From Lama guanicoe (Eukaryota): DNA of 64,000 nt. The stretch's first letter is position 1. Each line of letters starts with the position of its first letter. The notes under the pieces are model-generated. The model was not told the origin of the DNA. It made no database searches and saw only the letters and a program-made list of their open reading frames with translations. Position numbers and translations under genes: made by a program. The stretch lies in the NCBI GenBank assembly GCA_013239625.1, contig MU053881.1, positions 2,666,001 to 2,730,000 on the forward strand, read 5' to 3'. Below, one piece after another: positions 12,169-25,262 of the stretch.

Positions 12169-12720
12169 NNNNNNNNNNNNNNNNNNNNNNNNNNNNNNNN
12201 NNNNNNNNNNNNNNNNNNNNNNNNNNNNNNNNNNNNNNNNNNNNNNNNNNNNNNNNNNNNNNNNNNNNNNNNNNNNNNNNNNNNNNNNNNNNNNNNNNNN
12301 NNNNNNNNNNNNNNNNNNNNNNNNNNNNNNNNNNNNNNNNNNNNNNNNNNNNNNNNNNNNNNNNNNNNNNNNNNNNNNNNNNNNNNNNNNNNNNNNNNNN
12401 NNNNNNNNNNNNNNNNNNNNNNNNNNNNNNNNNNNNNNNNNNNNNNNNNNNNNNNNNNNNNNNNNNNNNNNNNNNNNNNNNNNNNNNNNNNNNNNNNNNN
12501 NNNNNNNNNNNNNNNNNNNNNNNNNNNNNNNNNNNNNNNNNNNNNNNNNNNNNNNNNNNNNNNNNNNNNNNNNNNNNNNNNNNNNNNNNNNNNNNNNNNN
12601 NNNNNNNNNNNNNNNNNNNNNNNNNNNNNNNNNNNNNNNNNNNNNNNNNNNNNNNNNNNNNNNNNNNNNNNNNNNNNNNNNNNNNNNNNNNNNNNNNNNN
12701 NNNNNNNNNNNNNNNNNNNN
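12169..12720. other. assembly gap (552 N) preceded by a G-run
   Basis: Run of N seen directly. Confidence 1.
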
Positions 12721-14501
12721 GCTTCTAAACCTGCTTGTGTGTGCTTCTGTTCTCTGGGCCTGACTTGGCTTATCTGCACAACAGCTCCCAAGCCCAAATG
12801 GTATGGCGGGGTCTCCCTAGACCAGGATGGTGTATAGCTGCTTGGGGCACTGGAAGTAGAGAGTTGGCTGCCCCCTGGGGAGACGGTAGATGCAAGGTGC
12901 AGTGCCTGCTTCTGGGCAAGATTGGATTTAGGGACAGGACCTTCAAGACGCATTTACCCAGACCTCATTGAGAGCCCAGACAGGAGAGGTATGGCAAAAG
13001 GCGGAGCAGTTAGGTGGTGGTCACCTGGCCAACCCTTGCTGTTGACCTTGAGCAAGTTGCTAGCTCCAGCTCCAGCTCCAGCCCTCACTCACTTCTCTCC
13101 ACAATGGGCCTAGTCAGGATGCCTGAAAGAGAAAGCTCTCCTGATCTCTTTTAGGGCCTGGAATAGAGAATTGAGATTAGGTAGTTCTTGGGGCTATGGA
13201 TGGGGTTGAGGGAATTGGGGCCTGTGGGCCAGCCAGGACTAATTCTGTCGCTCTCTGGCTTTATGGTTTGGAGCAAGTTACTTCCTTTCTCTGGGTCTCA
13301 GTTTCTTCAACTGTGAAGTAAGTGTGTCTACCCTGGGGCCATCTCTGTTCCCAGTCAAGAACCCGGGCCCCCTCCCTTGCCAGCTGCGGTATTCCCAGAG
13401 GGAGGCACATTTCCTGGCTGTCTCCTTCAGGTCTTGAAGTGGCACCTGATTTCTGCTTGGGGGATGGGGGTGGAAGCCATCCTGTCTTATTTTCTGATAA
13501 TGATCATTCACACCTAAGCTTTACAAATCACTGCTGTGGCCTTTGAGCAGTCCTTGCCAGTCCACCGGGTGGTGATTATTACTAATACTGTTCCCATTTT
13601 ACAGATGAGTTAGCTGAGGCTCAGGGGAAGCAGTGTCCAGTCCTCAGCTAAGACTCTGGCCAGAAGTCAGGGTAGCATGTGTAAGATGCAAGGTTTGGTA
13701 CCATTGTCCCCAGCTAGAGGCCCTTCTGTCTGTTGGTTTGGTTTCTTAGCTCCTTGCCACTTCCCTTTCCTGAGGAATGGGTGTCTTTGAAGAGGTTGGC
13801 CAGAGCAAACTGCCGTGGGCCTGGGCCTGGGCCTCTGTGGTTCCGCACCCCGGAGCCTGCACACTGCCCAGGCTTCAGCAAGACAGCTTGGGACAAGAGG
13901 CGCAGTGAGGGCACTGCCGTGTCCTCGTGCACTCACAGCTCCCGCTCACTGGCCTTGGACCGGCCTCTCTGAGCCTCAGTGTCTCTGCCTCTGGGGGTTG
14001 TTTTGAGGACTCATGAGGATGGCCCATGGGAAGTGCTGTAGTTGGTGTTGTTAACACCCCTCATTGGCAGGCCTGCGGGCTCCCAGGATCTCTGAGGTCA
14101 GTTAGGGTAGAGGTTCTCAAGCCTGGCTGTGCTGCAGGAACCGCTGGGGAATTTGCACCCTTGTTCAGGAGGTCTGGGCCAGGCCAAGAGTCTGTTGTTT
14201 CAGTTTTTGGGGGGTTTCCTCTGAGTCTTAGTGTTTGTTTGCTCGGCTGGGTTATCTGCAGGCTGTGTGTGTACGTGTGTACGTGTGTGTGTGTGTGTAA
14301 GGCCATGTGCTTGGCCCAGGCCAGAGGTCACAAACCAACTCACCTGTGGTGGGCAGGCAGGGAGTGGGCTTGCGGCGGCCTAGAGGGAAAGCTCATGCGC
14401 GGAGTGAGGGGGACCACGCAGAATGAGGGCCCAGTGGGACCAGATTATCTGTTTCCTGCCACCCTTCCCACAAGGCCAGGTTTTTATGTAGTCTCCCAGT
14501 T

Positions 14502-14636
14502 TTTGTTTGCTTGTATTTTTGCGGGGGGGGAATTAGGTTTATATACTTTTTTTTTTTAATGGAAATACTGGGGCTTGAACCCAGGACCTCCTGCATGCTA
14601 GGCATGCACTCTACCACTGAGCTATACCCTCCCCCC
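14502..14636 (-). mobile_element. tRNA-derived SINE (Vic-1-like)
   Basis: Reverse complement reads GGGGAGGGTATAGCTCAGTGGTAGAGTGCATGCCTAGCATGCAGGAGGTCCTGGGTTCAAG; flanks TGTAGTCTCCCAGTT / TGTCATCTCCCAGTT form a degenerate TSD. Confidence 0.85.
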
Positions 14637-15606
14637 TGTCATCTCCCAGTTGTTAATCACTGGCGCTAACTTCACTGCTGCCAGACTGTGGCCTTATGTA
14701 ATTGGCTCTCCAGTGTGCATTTACTACATCGAGCCTGCCCTGTGCTGGACACAAGCTGATCACTGGGCCCTGCCCTCCCCTCTGCCAAGTGCTAGAGCCC
14801 AAGTTGGGCAGGGAAGGCATGAATTCTAGCCCTTACGCTTCCTGGCCATGGCCTTGGCCCCATGCTGTAATCAGGTAGAGAAGAGCCTCCCCTGCAGCCT
14901 TGTTTAGAGATTTAGGGCCCAGGTAAAGCTCAGCACAGAGGAAATGTTCTTCCCACTGTTGGCAAGAAGGAACAAGGTGTTGAGGGGACAGCACACCAGT
15001 TCCCCGGCTGTGTCAGCCAGGTGGTGACACTTAAAGCTGGGTATAAAGGAAGCATAGGAGTTTGGTGGGATGGAGGCTGGGCTCCCTGTGGCAGGAACAG
15101 CCAAGGGCTGGTCCTATTAGATGCACCCTTCAGGGCCTGACAGGTTCCAGGCCTTTCCCTGCCAGGGCCTCACTCCAGCCTCTGGAGTTAATGACAGTCC
15201 CCCCAACTTCCCCACCTGGATCCCAGCTCCGGCCCCGCCTCATTCCCACTCACCTTCCTCCCTTAGATTTAGGTGCATGCTTCCTTTTTTTTCTCAGCAA
15301 GCCCCACCTCCCACCTGGGGGCTGTGTTGGTCAGGTTTGTCCATCCCCCAGCCCCTTCCTGCCCCGCCTCCAGTCCTCCAGAGGCTCACTTCTTTCATCA
15401 CCTTCTGCAACAGGGTGCAGCAAGAGGCTTGTAGTCAGCTTACCTCCCAGCTTTGACACTTCCTGTGGGGCCATGGGCAAGTCCTTTCCTGTCTCTGAGC
15501 CTCAGTTTTCTCTTCCTCAAAATGGAGCTAACAGTACCTTCCTTGAAGACTAGATGGAGACCACTTGAGTAGGCGCTGCGGGAACAGGTTATGGAAAGAA
15601 AGCATA

Positions 15607-15918
15607 CAGTCGGCCCTCTGTATCCATAGGCTCCACATTCATGGATTCAGCTAACTGCAGATTGAAAATATTGGGGAGGGGGCAGGATTCTACAGAGTTG
15701 TAAAAGCCAAAACTGGAATTTACCACTTTCGTGGCTCTTACGCTCTATTAGGTGTCATACATAATGTAGAAATGGTTTACATTAAGGTCCATGGGACGAT
15801 GTGTGTAGGTTATTTGCAAATGTTACACCATTTTATATAAGGGACTTAAGCATCCTTGGATTTTGGTATCTATAGGGGATCCTGGAACCAATCCCCTGTG
15901 GGTACGGAGGGACGACTG
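15607..15918. mobile_element. MER2-like Tigger (TcMar) MITE
   Basis: Terminal inverted repeats CAGTCGGCCCTCTGTATCC ... GGGTACGGAGGGACGACTG, with TA on both sides. Confidence 0.8.
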
Positions 15919-16449
15919 TACTGACTCGTCTTGGGTTGGGAGCCCTCGAGAGCAGGCACTGGGTCAGAACCCCTGACCCCTGACAGTGGAAGGAGAACTG
16001 GGCCCCAGGCTTATTTGGAGTCGTCCCCACCGCCCCCGCCCCAGGAACCCTGGTTATCTGGAGGTCAAAGTTGCAGACTGTCACACCAGTCTAGGGTTCC
16101 CTGGGGACCCCACCCTGAGGGAACCTCACCAGAGCCACCTGGCCTGGAAGCATGCTGGCCAGCCCTCTGAACTTACCACAACCCTGAGGGGGACCCTGAT
16201 CTCACTTCAGAGCAGGAAATGGGAGGCCTGGGCTCCCTGCAGGCCGAGCCTGTCCCTGGTCTGTCAGCCCTGAACCCCGGTGCTACAGTGCATGCTGCAT
16301 GGGGAACACGGGGGCGTGGTGGACCCAGTGGCCCACCTCTGGTACTAGGCTGCAGGGGGTTGATGCTGTTTCCGCGACCCCTAATGGAGCAAGGGGCTGG
16401 ACTTCTCTGTGCCTTAGTTCCTTTGTCGGTTTGTCTCCTAGGGTTGTGA

Positions 16450-16593
<144 letters not shown>

Positions 16594-16756
16594 TAGGAAG
16601 GAACCTCCCAGTCCTGCCGAGCCTGAGCCCCCGGTGCTGGAGCTGTCAGCCCGGGCTGGGGGCACGGGGGCCAGGGGTGGCGGGCCACAGGGCCCTGAGC
16701 TATCTCCCTTCCCCAGTGGGTAGTGACCGTGGCTTCTCTCCATGCTCTGTGAATGA

Positions 16757-17056
<300 letters not shown>

Positions 17057-17289
17057 TGAGGAGCAGAGGGAACAGCCCTGACTTCACCTGCTGAACTCAT
17101 TGCACATCCGGGGAGGCACCGTTAGCCCTGTTTTACAAGTTGGTAAATTGAGGCCCAGAAAAGGGAAGGGCTGTTCCTGGGGCTGCACAGAGGCTGAGTG
17201 GTGGAGTCAAAGCCCCTCCCGGGTTCCCAGGGGGCTCTCTGCTCTCTGGGGCCTGGGGCAGGGGGACAGCCAGGTCTGTACCTGGGTAG

Positions 17290-18652
<1,363 letters not shown>

Positions 18653-18765
18653 TAGACCCAAATACAGCGCCAGGGGGCCCCAGGGCCTCTCAAGCCACTT
18701 GGCCTCTTCACTAAACCACACACGCACACTCACACTCACCAGCTGGGCTCCCTTCCCTCCTCTGA

Positions 18766-19002
<237 letters not shown>

Positions 19003-19060
19003 TGAAGCCCTGTCCTGGGAGGTGGGGGCTTGGGGGACCTCCAGCCCTAGCCGCCCCTGA

Positions 19061-19207
<147 letters not shown>

Positions 19208-19323
19208 TGAGTGCCCTGACCCCCTCCTGCCCGTCTGTGAGCACGGATGGGCTGCAAGGGGACCCTTCCTGGGGGGCTTCGTGCTCCACCATGAGCCTTC
19301 CCTCACCATCAGTGTGGGGGTGA

Positions 19324-19545
<222 letters not shown>

Positions 19546-19548
19546 TAG

Positions 19549-19701
<153 letters not shown>

Positions 19702-21985
19702 GGCCCACAGCCACCCAGGAGAACCCTGCCCAAAGCTCTGGAAACTCGGGGTGCCCAGGGAGGCTGGGGAGGCAGTGGCCCAGGCCTGTCCTGCCGTTCC
19801 TGCCTGCATCTCCAGAGCTGGTGCCAGGGTCGGCCCGAGAGAAGCCCCTGCAATAAGCCCCTGCATTTGCCAAGCTCCAAAGACTCCCTCCCCATCTGCC
19901 CGCCAGTCTGCCCGCCACGGAGCGGCCTGAGTGTCCCTAACTCGGTCTCTCTCCTGTTTGCCCTTGGGTCTGTCTCCTTTTCCTACTGGCACTGGGAGCC
20001 AGGGTCTGTTCCCCCAGTGCGGCTGGTGGAGACCCTTAGGCCCCGGATGGGCAAGGGGGTGCTGTCCTGGGTTGCCTGGTCTCCTGCACTGCAGTGGTGT
20101 GTTCTCTGCCCAGGTGGCACTGACAGGCGTGGACAGACAGTGGCAGGAGGCCAGTGGGTCCTCCCGCCTTGACCCCAGACAGACTCAGGCAGCCAGCTCC
20201 ACTCAGGCTGCTGTGAGGGGTGGGTCTGGCTCCCTAGGGGACCCTCACCCCAGGCACAACATTCCAGCCCCACCCCTGGCTGGAGGGCATCAGAGCCAGC
20301 CTCCTGAGCAGTGGGGCGGCATGTACCCTGAGGGGGCCTGGGCCCAGCCAGGGAGAGGGACCTCCTGTGTTGCTGGTGGCTGCCCGTCCCTGGCTGTGCC
20401 GGGGCCCAGCCCCGCACCCCGTCTCCCTCTCTGTCGTTTTGCATGAACGTGAGGAGCAGCAGTTTTCGTTTATTCATTTGGCCCAAAATCGCGTGTAGGA
20501 TTTGGGGGTGTGGACTTTTAAACAGTTTCTTTTCTTTTGGTTTAATGGGGGGTACAGGGACCAACCAGGGCCAAGTGCCCAGGGGGCAGGGAGTGGTGTG
20601 GTGGTGCCGCCTGCTCTGCGTTGCATGCGCGCTGCTGGGGCTGGGCTGGATGGCTGGCGGTCGTGGGCGGGGTTGAGGGGGGTCTGTGCTCAGCTGATAA
20701 CTGCCATGCACTGTACTGCACACGTCCCCAGGGCCTACCGGGACCGTACGCTTTTCAGGGCATTTCTCCCTCTCCAGCCAGGGCCTGTCTCCCACCTACC
20801 TGGGCAAGTCTCCTCTGAGGAGGTCCCCGGAAGACCTCTGGGGGCCCCCTCCCAGCCTGAGCCCTGCCCTCCAAGGTCTCGAGGAGCCCCCATAAGGTCT
20901 GGCTGAGCTCCCCACCCTCACCCTCCCTGTCCCATTTCTTTCCTTTATCACCCCCAGCTGGGGTTGCTGCCCGAACGAACCGCGTGTGGGGCCGGCACAT
21001 CCTAGCAGGCAGCCCCTGGCGCCTGCTGCCTCAGGGATGCTCCAACCACCCTCGTTCTCCCCGCAGCAGCCCTGGCTCCCTGCCACACACCCCCACCCCA
21101 CCCAGCCTGCCATGGGGCCCCATCAGCCTGGCCCCACCCGGTGGAGAACCCAAAGTCTTACTGTATATAACTCCAGGTGACATTTCTATATTTATAGCAG
21201 TGTTGAAACCCCACGTGTTTTACACAGAGAACCACCCTCTCCAATCCCCTCCCTTCCCCACCCCCCAAAAAGGTTTTGCAAAACCCTTACGGTTCCCGGG
21301 GCAGGCGGAGACAGGCTCATGGGTTGTGCATCGGCTGCAACAGTGATTCCAACGAGCAGCTATTGGGGGGGAAACACAACATGAAAAAAAAATCATTAAA
21401 AAAAAGATTTATAAGACAATTACTTAGGATGTTTGTGATTTGCCGACCTTGCTATAGATGCCATGTTACCAATGATTTCCTGTGGTGGGGGCTTGTCATT
21501 GTTTACTCTTTCATTTACCAACTTCTGGCCTAGGCATGACAGTGGGCACCATCCCCCAGCCCCGGCTGGGCCCGGCACCTGTGTTCTGTGTTAGAAAGGT
21601 CTTATATATATATATAATTACATATATATATATAAATATATGTAACTTTGGGGGCCCTGTTCCTTGCACATTTTACAGTTACCTCATTTTTCCCATGTAT
21701 GTATTTGAGAAAATGCTAATATATAGAGAAAAAAATGGTTCTTAAAGCTTAAATGTGTGGTTTTTTCCATTCCATTGGATTCACATTGGTTTGTAGCATT
21801 TAACATAACTAGTATGTTGTACTATATGTATGTGTATACTGATTGAAATTTTTAACAGATTTGTACTTTTTTTAAAATGAAAGTTGCTAGTTCTGCTTGA
21901 CCAAGTAGTGCAATCATTATTTTTTTTAATATTGTTGCTGATTTCAGAGGGATATTCACTAATAAATGTATGATGTATACCAAGG
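19702..21985 (+). other. RNF44: RNF44 3'UTR (~2.3 kb)
   Basis: Runs from the stop to the AATAAA; GC-rich proximal part, AU-rich distal part. Confidence 0.8.
21961..21966 (+). terminator. RNF44: RNF44 polyadenylation signal
   Basis: AATAAA with upstream TGTA elements, a downstream GU/U-rich tract (22011-22030) and G-runs (22031-22047). Confidence 0.8.
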
Positions 21986-24294
21986 ATCGCCCAGGCTGCC
22001 TTTGGCTGCCTGTCTTCTTGCTCTTTTGTTGGGGGTGGGGGTGGGGGCTGTTGGCATCAGTCTGAGAGTGGGTGGGAGACGGGGATGAGGAGGGCAGAAA
22101 CGGCTGTTCTCTGCTGTGGAATCTTGGAGGAAATGATACCACCCGATCAGGAGGGATCTACGGGGATCTGCCCGCCGATTCAGTAAACTTACTCTGTACC
22201 AACCTGCTTCACATGCAAATCAGGCAGGGTCCCCTCTAGCTAGTTCGAGGAAAGTGGCACTTAACTAGCCTGTCCCTGAAGTTCTGGAAGGAGGTTCTGC
22301 CGCAGCCTGACTGGATCTCGCTCACACACGTCATCAGGAACCAAGGTCTCCCTGCATCTTACAACCTTGTTCTGTGTGGTGCTTCCTGGTCGTTCTAGCT
22401 CAGTTTCCTCTAATTGAGCATCCTCTCCCATGTGAACACTTTTTTTTCCCTCCTAAGAATTCTAACAATTTCTGGTCTGAAGTCTTGTTAGGCCATCAGG
22501 TTGTGTGCCCATCCCTCAACCATGTGCCCCCGTTAGGGAGCTCGAACAGTGTGACTGGCCCGACCCGCATCACACCCACACACCCACGGGCCCCACTGAA
22601 CCTATACAGGATTGGGCCCCTCATCCCCAAGCTCAGTGGGACCAAGGGCTTGAGAGCCACCAAGGGGACCAGACTGGTGATGGTACGTTGCTCTTGCCTG
22701 TGATAGTGTGTGGTGCTGCGATTGGGAGCAGTGGGCGGGGCGGGGCTGCGATGCCACTACCTGTGATCTTGGTCAGGGTACTTTCAGCCTTGGGTCATCT
22801 GCAAATCAGGGCACAGACTCAGCTGAGTGACTCCCTGAGTGTGTTTCAGAGAAATTTCCTGTGGAACATAATAGGGTTTGTGCAAAAACAGGGCTCTGTG
22901 CTCAAATAAGTGGGAAACTCCAAGTTGAAAGCAGCAGGAGCCTGTATTACAGGGCTTCTCTGAGCCTTGGCTCTGCTGATGTGTGTTGTAAATCTCTAGC
23001 AGTGGGTACATTTCTCTGTGCAGCGTTTCCTACACTGCGCTGCTCTGGCCACGTGTAGGGCTCAAGCTGCATGCTCTGGAGCGCTCTGGGCGTGGTGGGC
23101 TCAACCAGTGGGAGCAGCTGAGTTCCCAGGGCCCTAGTCTGAGAGGACTGTCAGATGGGGAAGACTTTAAAATGTTTTCAATATTTCAAAAAGTCTGTAG
23201 GAAAGGAAGAATCACATCATTTCAAGTGATACAAAAAAAGGGGGGGTGGCAAAATTCAACATTCATTCATGATAAATTGACAAAGATCATCTACACAAAA
23301 GCCTACAGCTAACATCATCCTTAATGATGTGAAAGGCTACATACTTACCAGCTCTGAGCTCAGGACCAGGCAAGGGTATCCATTTTCACTACTTCTGTTG
23401 ATGTCACACTGAAAGTCCTAGCCAGCACAATAAGGCAAGAAAAAGGAAATCTAATTAGGCATGCGGATTGAAAGGAAGAAATAAAACTAACTCTTTTTGT
23501 AAATGATATGATGAAGTTCTTGCATAGAAAATCCCAAGGAACCTACAAATGACCACAACTAAATGAGTTCATCAGGTCAGGGTACAAGTTCAATATACAA
23601 AAAGTAATTGTATTTCTATATACTAGCAATGAACACACAAATTGAAATTAAAAAACCCCAGTGACACTGTTTATAATCACTTGAAGGAGAAGTTAAATAC
23701 ATGTATATATCTGACAAAACAGGACTTACATGTCGGTAACTACAAAACGTGGATGAAACAAGGGAAAGAACTATATAGACGGAGAAACATGTCATGTTCT
23801 TGGATTGGAAAGCTCATCTCTTCCCAAATTGACCTGAAGGTTTGATGCAATGCCCATCAAAATCCAGAGAAGTTTTTTTTTTGTTTTGAGATACAGACAT
23901 GCTTATTTTAAAATTTATATGAAAAGGCAAAGAAATCTGAATACCTAAGACAATGTTGGAAAACAAGAATCAAGTGAGAAGGATCACGCTGCCTGATTAT
24001 CAGCCTTCACTGTAAGATGCATCCATCAAGACGTTTCTTATCAGCAGAGGGACGGACAAGTGGATCAGCAGAACAGAATAAGGAACCCAGAAACAGACCC
24101 ACACAAGTACCACCGACTGAGTTTTGAAAATCCAGTGAAGAACCGTTAATTTTTAACAAATAGCACTGGAGTACTTGGACATCCATTAGCAGAAAAAAAG
24201 GATTCCTGAACTAAAACTCATACTTTATACAAAAGTGAACTCAAAATGGATCATAAATTTAAAGGTGAAACGTAAAACCAGAAAATGTCTGGTG

Positions 24295-24421
24295 AGGGAG
24301 GGCATGGCTCCGTGGTAGAGTGTGGGCTTAGCAGGCACGAAGTCCTGGGTTCAATCCCCAGTACCTCTATTAAATAAATAAACTAACCCCCACCCCTCCA
24401 AAAAAAGAAGGAAAAAAGAAA
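24295..24421 (+). mobile_element. tRNA-derived SINE (Vic-1-like) nested in L1
   Basis: GGGAGGGCATGGCTCCGTGGTAGAG...GTCCTGGGTTCAATCCCCAGTACCTCTATTAAATAAATAAA; flanks AGAAAATGTCT / AGAAAACGTTT. Confidence 0.8.
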
Positions 24422-24892
24422 AAGAAAACGTTTAGAAGAAAACAAGTGAAAATCTTCACTAGGATCCAGGGCTATGAGAAGAGTTCTTAGACGTGACACC
24501 AAAAACACAATCCATAAAAGAAAAAAATTGATAAATTGGACTTCATCAAGAATTAAAAACTTAATTTGCAAGTCACAAACCTGACAAAGGACTTCTGTCA
24601 GATACATAAACAACTCTCCAAACTCAATGAAAAACAATCCAGTTAGAACATGGGCAAAAGACACCAACATGCATTTTAGCAAAGAGGCTACTATGCATCG
24701 TGTTCAACACCACTTGCCATTAGGGAAATGGAAATTAAACCACAATAAGATAATTACACCTATTAAAACAATGAAAGTAATAGATGGTGACAATATAAAA
24801 TTCTTGCAAGGATGCAGAGAAATTGGCTTTCTCATACATTGTGGGTGGGAATGTTCAGTAGAGTCATTCTGGAATACAGTTTGGCTGTCTCT

Positions 24893-25262
24893 ACTTTTTA
24901 AAACATTGTTTAAAATATTAATTTTGATATAGTCTATCATGTCAGTAGAGATGCGCCTGTGAAGGAAGAGCCCTGAGCCATCAATTGGTGAACATCTGAA
25001 TGAGGTCCCAGCTCATCCCAGGGAGAGCACACACCTTCCACACTGTTCCTGTCCACTGATTGCTTCCAAATCCAGGTGACCAGGCCTCGGTCTTCAAAGC
25101 AAGTTCACAATGGTTGGCTCAGCCATTCCAGCTGCACCCCTCTTTAATCCCAGGTACATCATGAGAGGAATGAAGCCCCAGTGAGTGGCAAATTGGTGGC
25201 TCTTGAAGAGCTGTGGCAGCCCCTGCTTGGCCGCTTTGCCCCGCTTCACCATGGCGACAGCC
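24893..25262 (-). pseudogene. TOMM7: TOMM7 processed retrocopy (ORF 25252-25094, 52 aa)
   Basis: MVKRGKAAKQGLPQLFKSHQFATHWGFIPLMMYLGLKRGAAGMAEPTIVNLL* aligns to recalled TOMM7 (MVKLSKEAKQRLQQLFKGSQFAIRWGFIPLVIYLGFKRGADPGMPEPTVLSLLWG). Intronless, and it interrupts the L1. Confidence 0.88.

Noticed and set aside
12066..12953. 200-295 aa ORFs
   Set aside because: They only read through the N gap.
14502..14636. tRNA-Ala-like sequences as functional tRNA genes (also the other five copies)
   Set aside because: A-rich tails, TSDs and divergent stems mark them as SINEs.
19983..20795. 270-aa antisense ORF in the RNF44 3'UTR
   Set aside because: No homology recognised; composition typical of a spurious GC-rich ORF.
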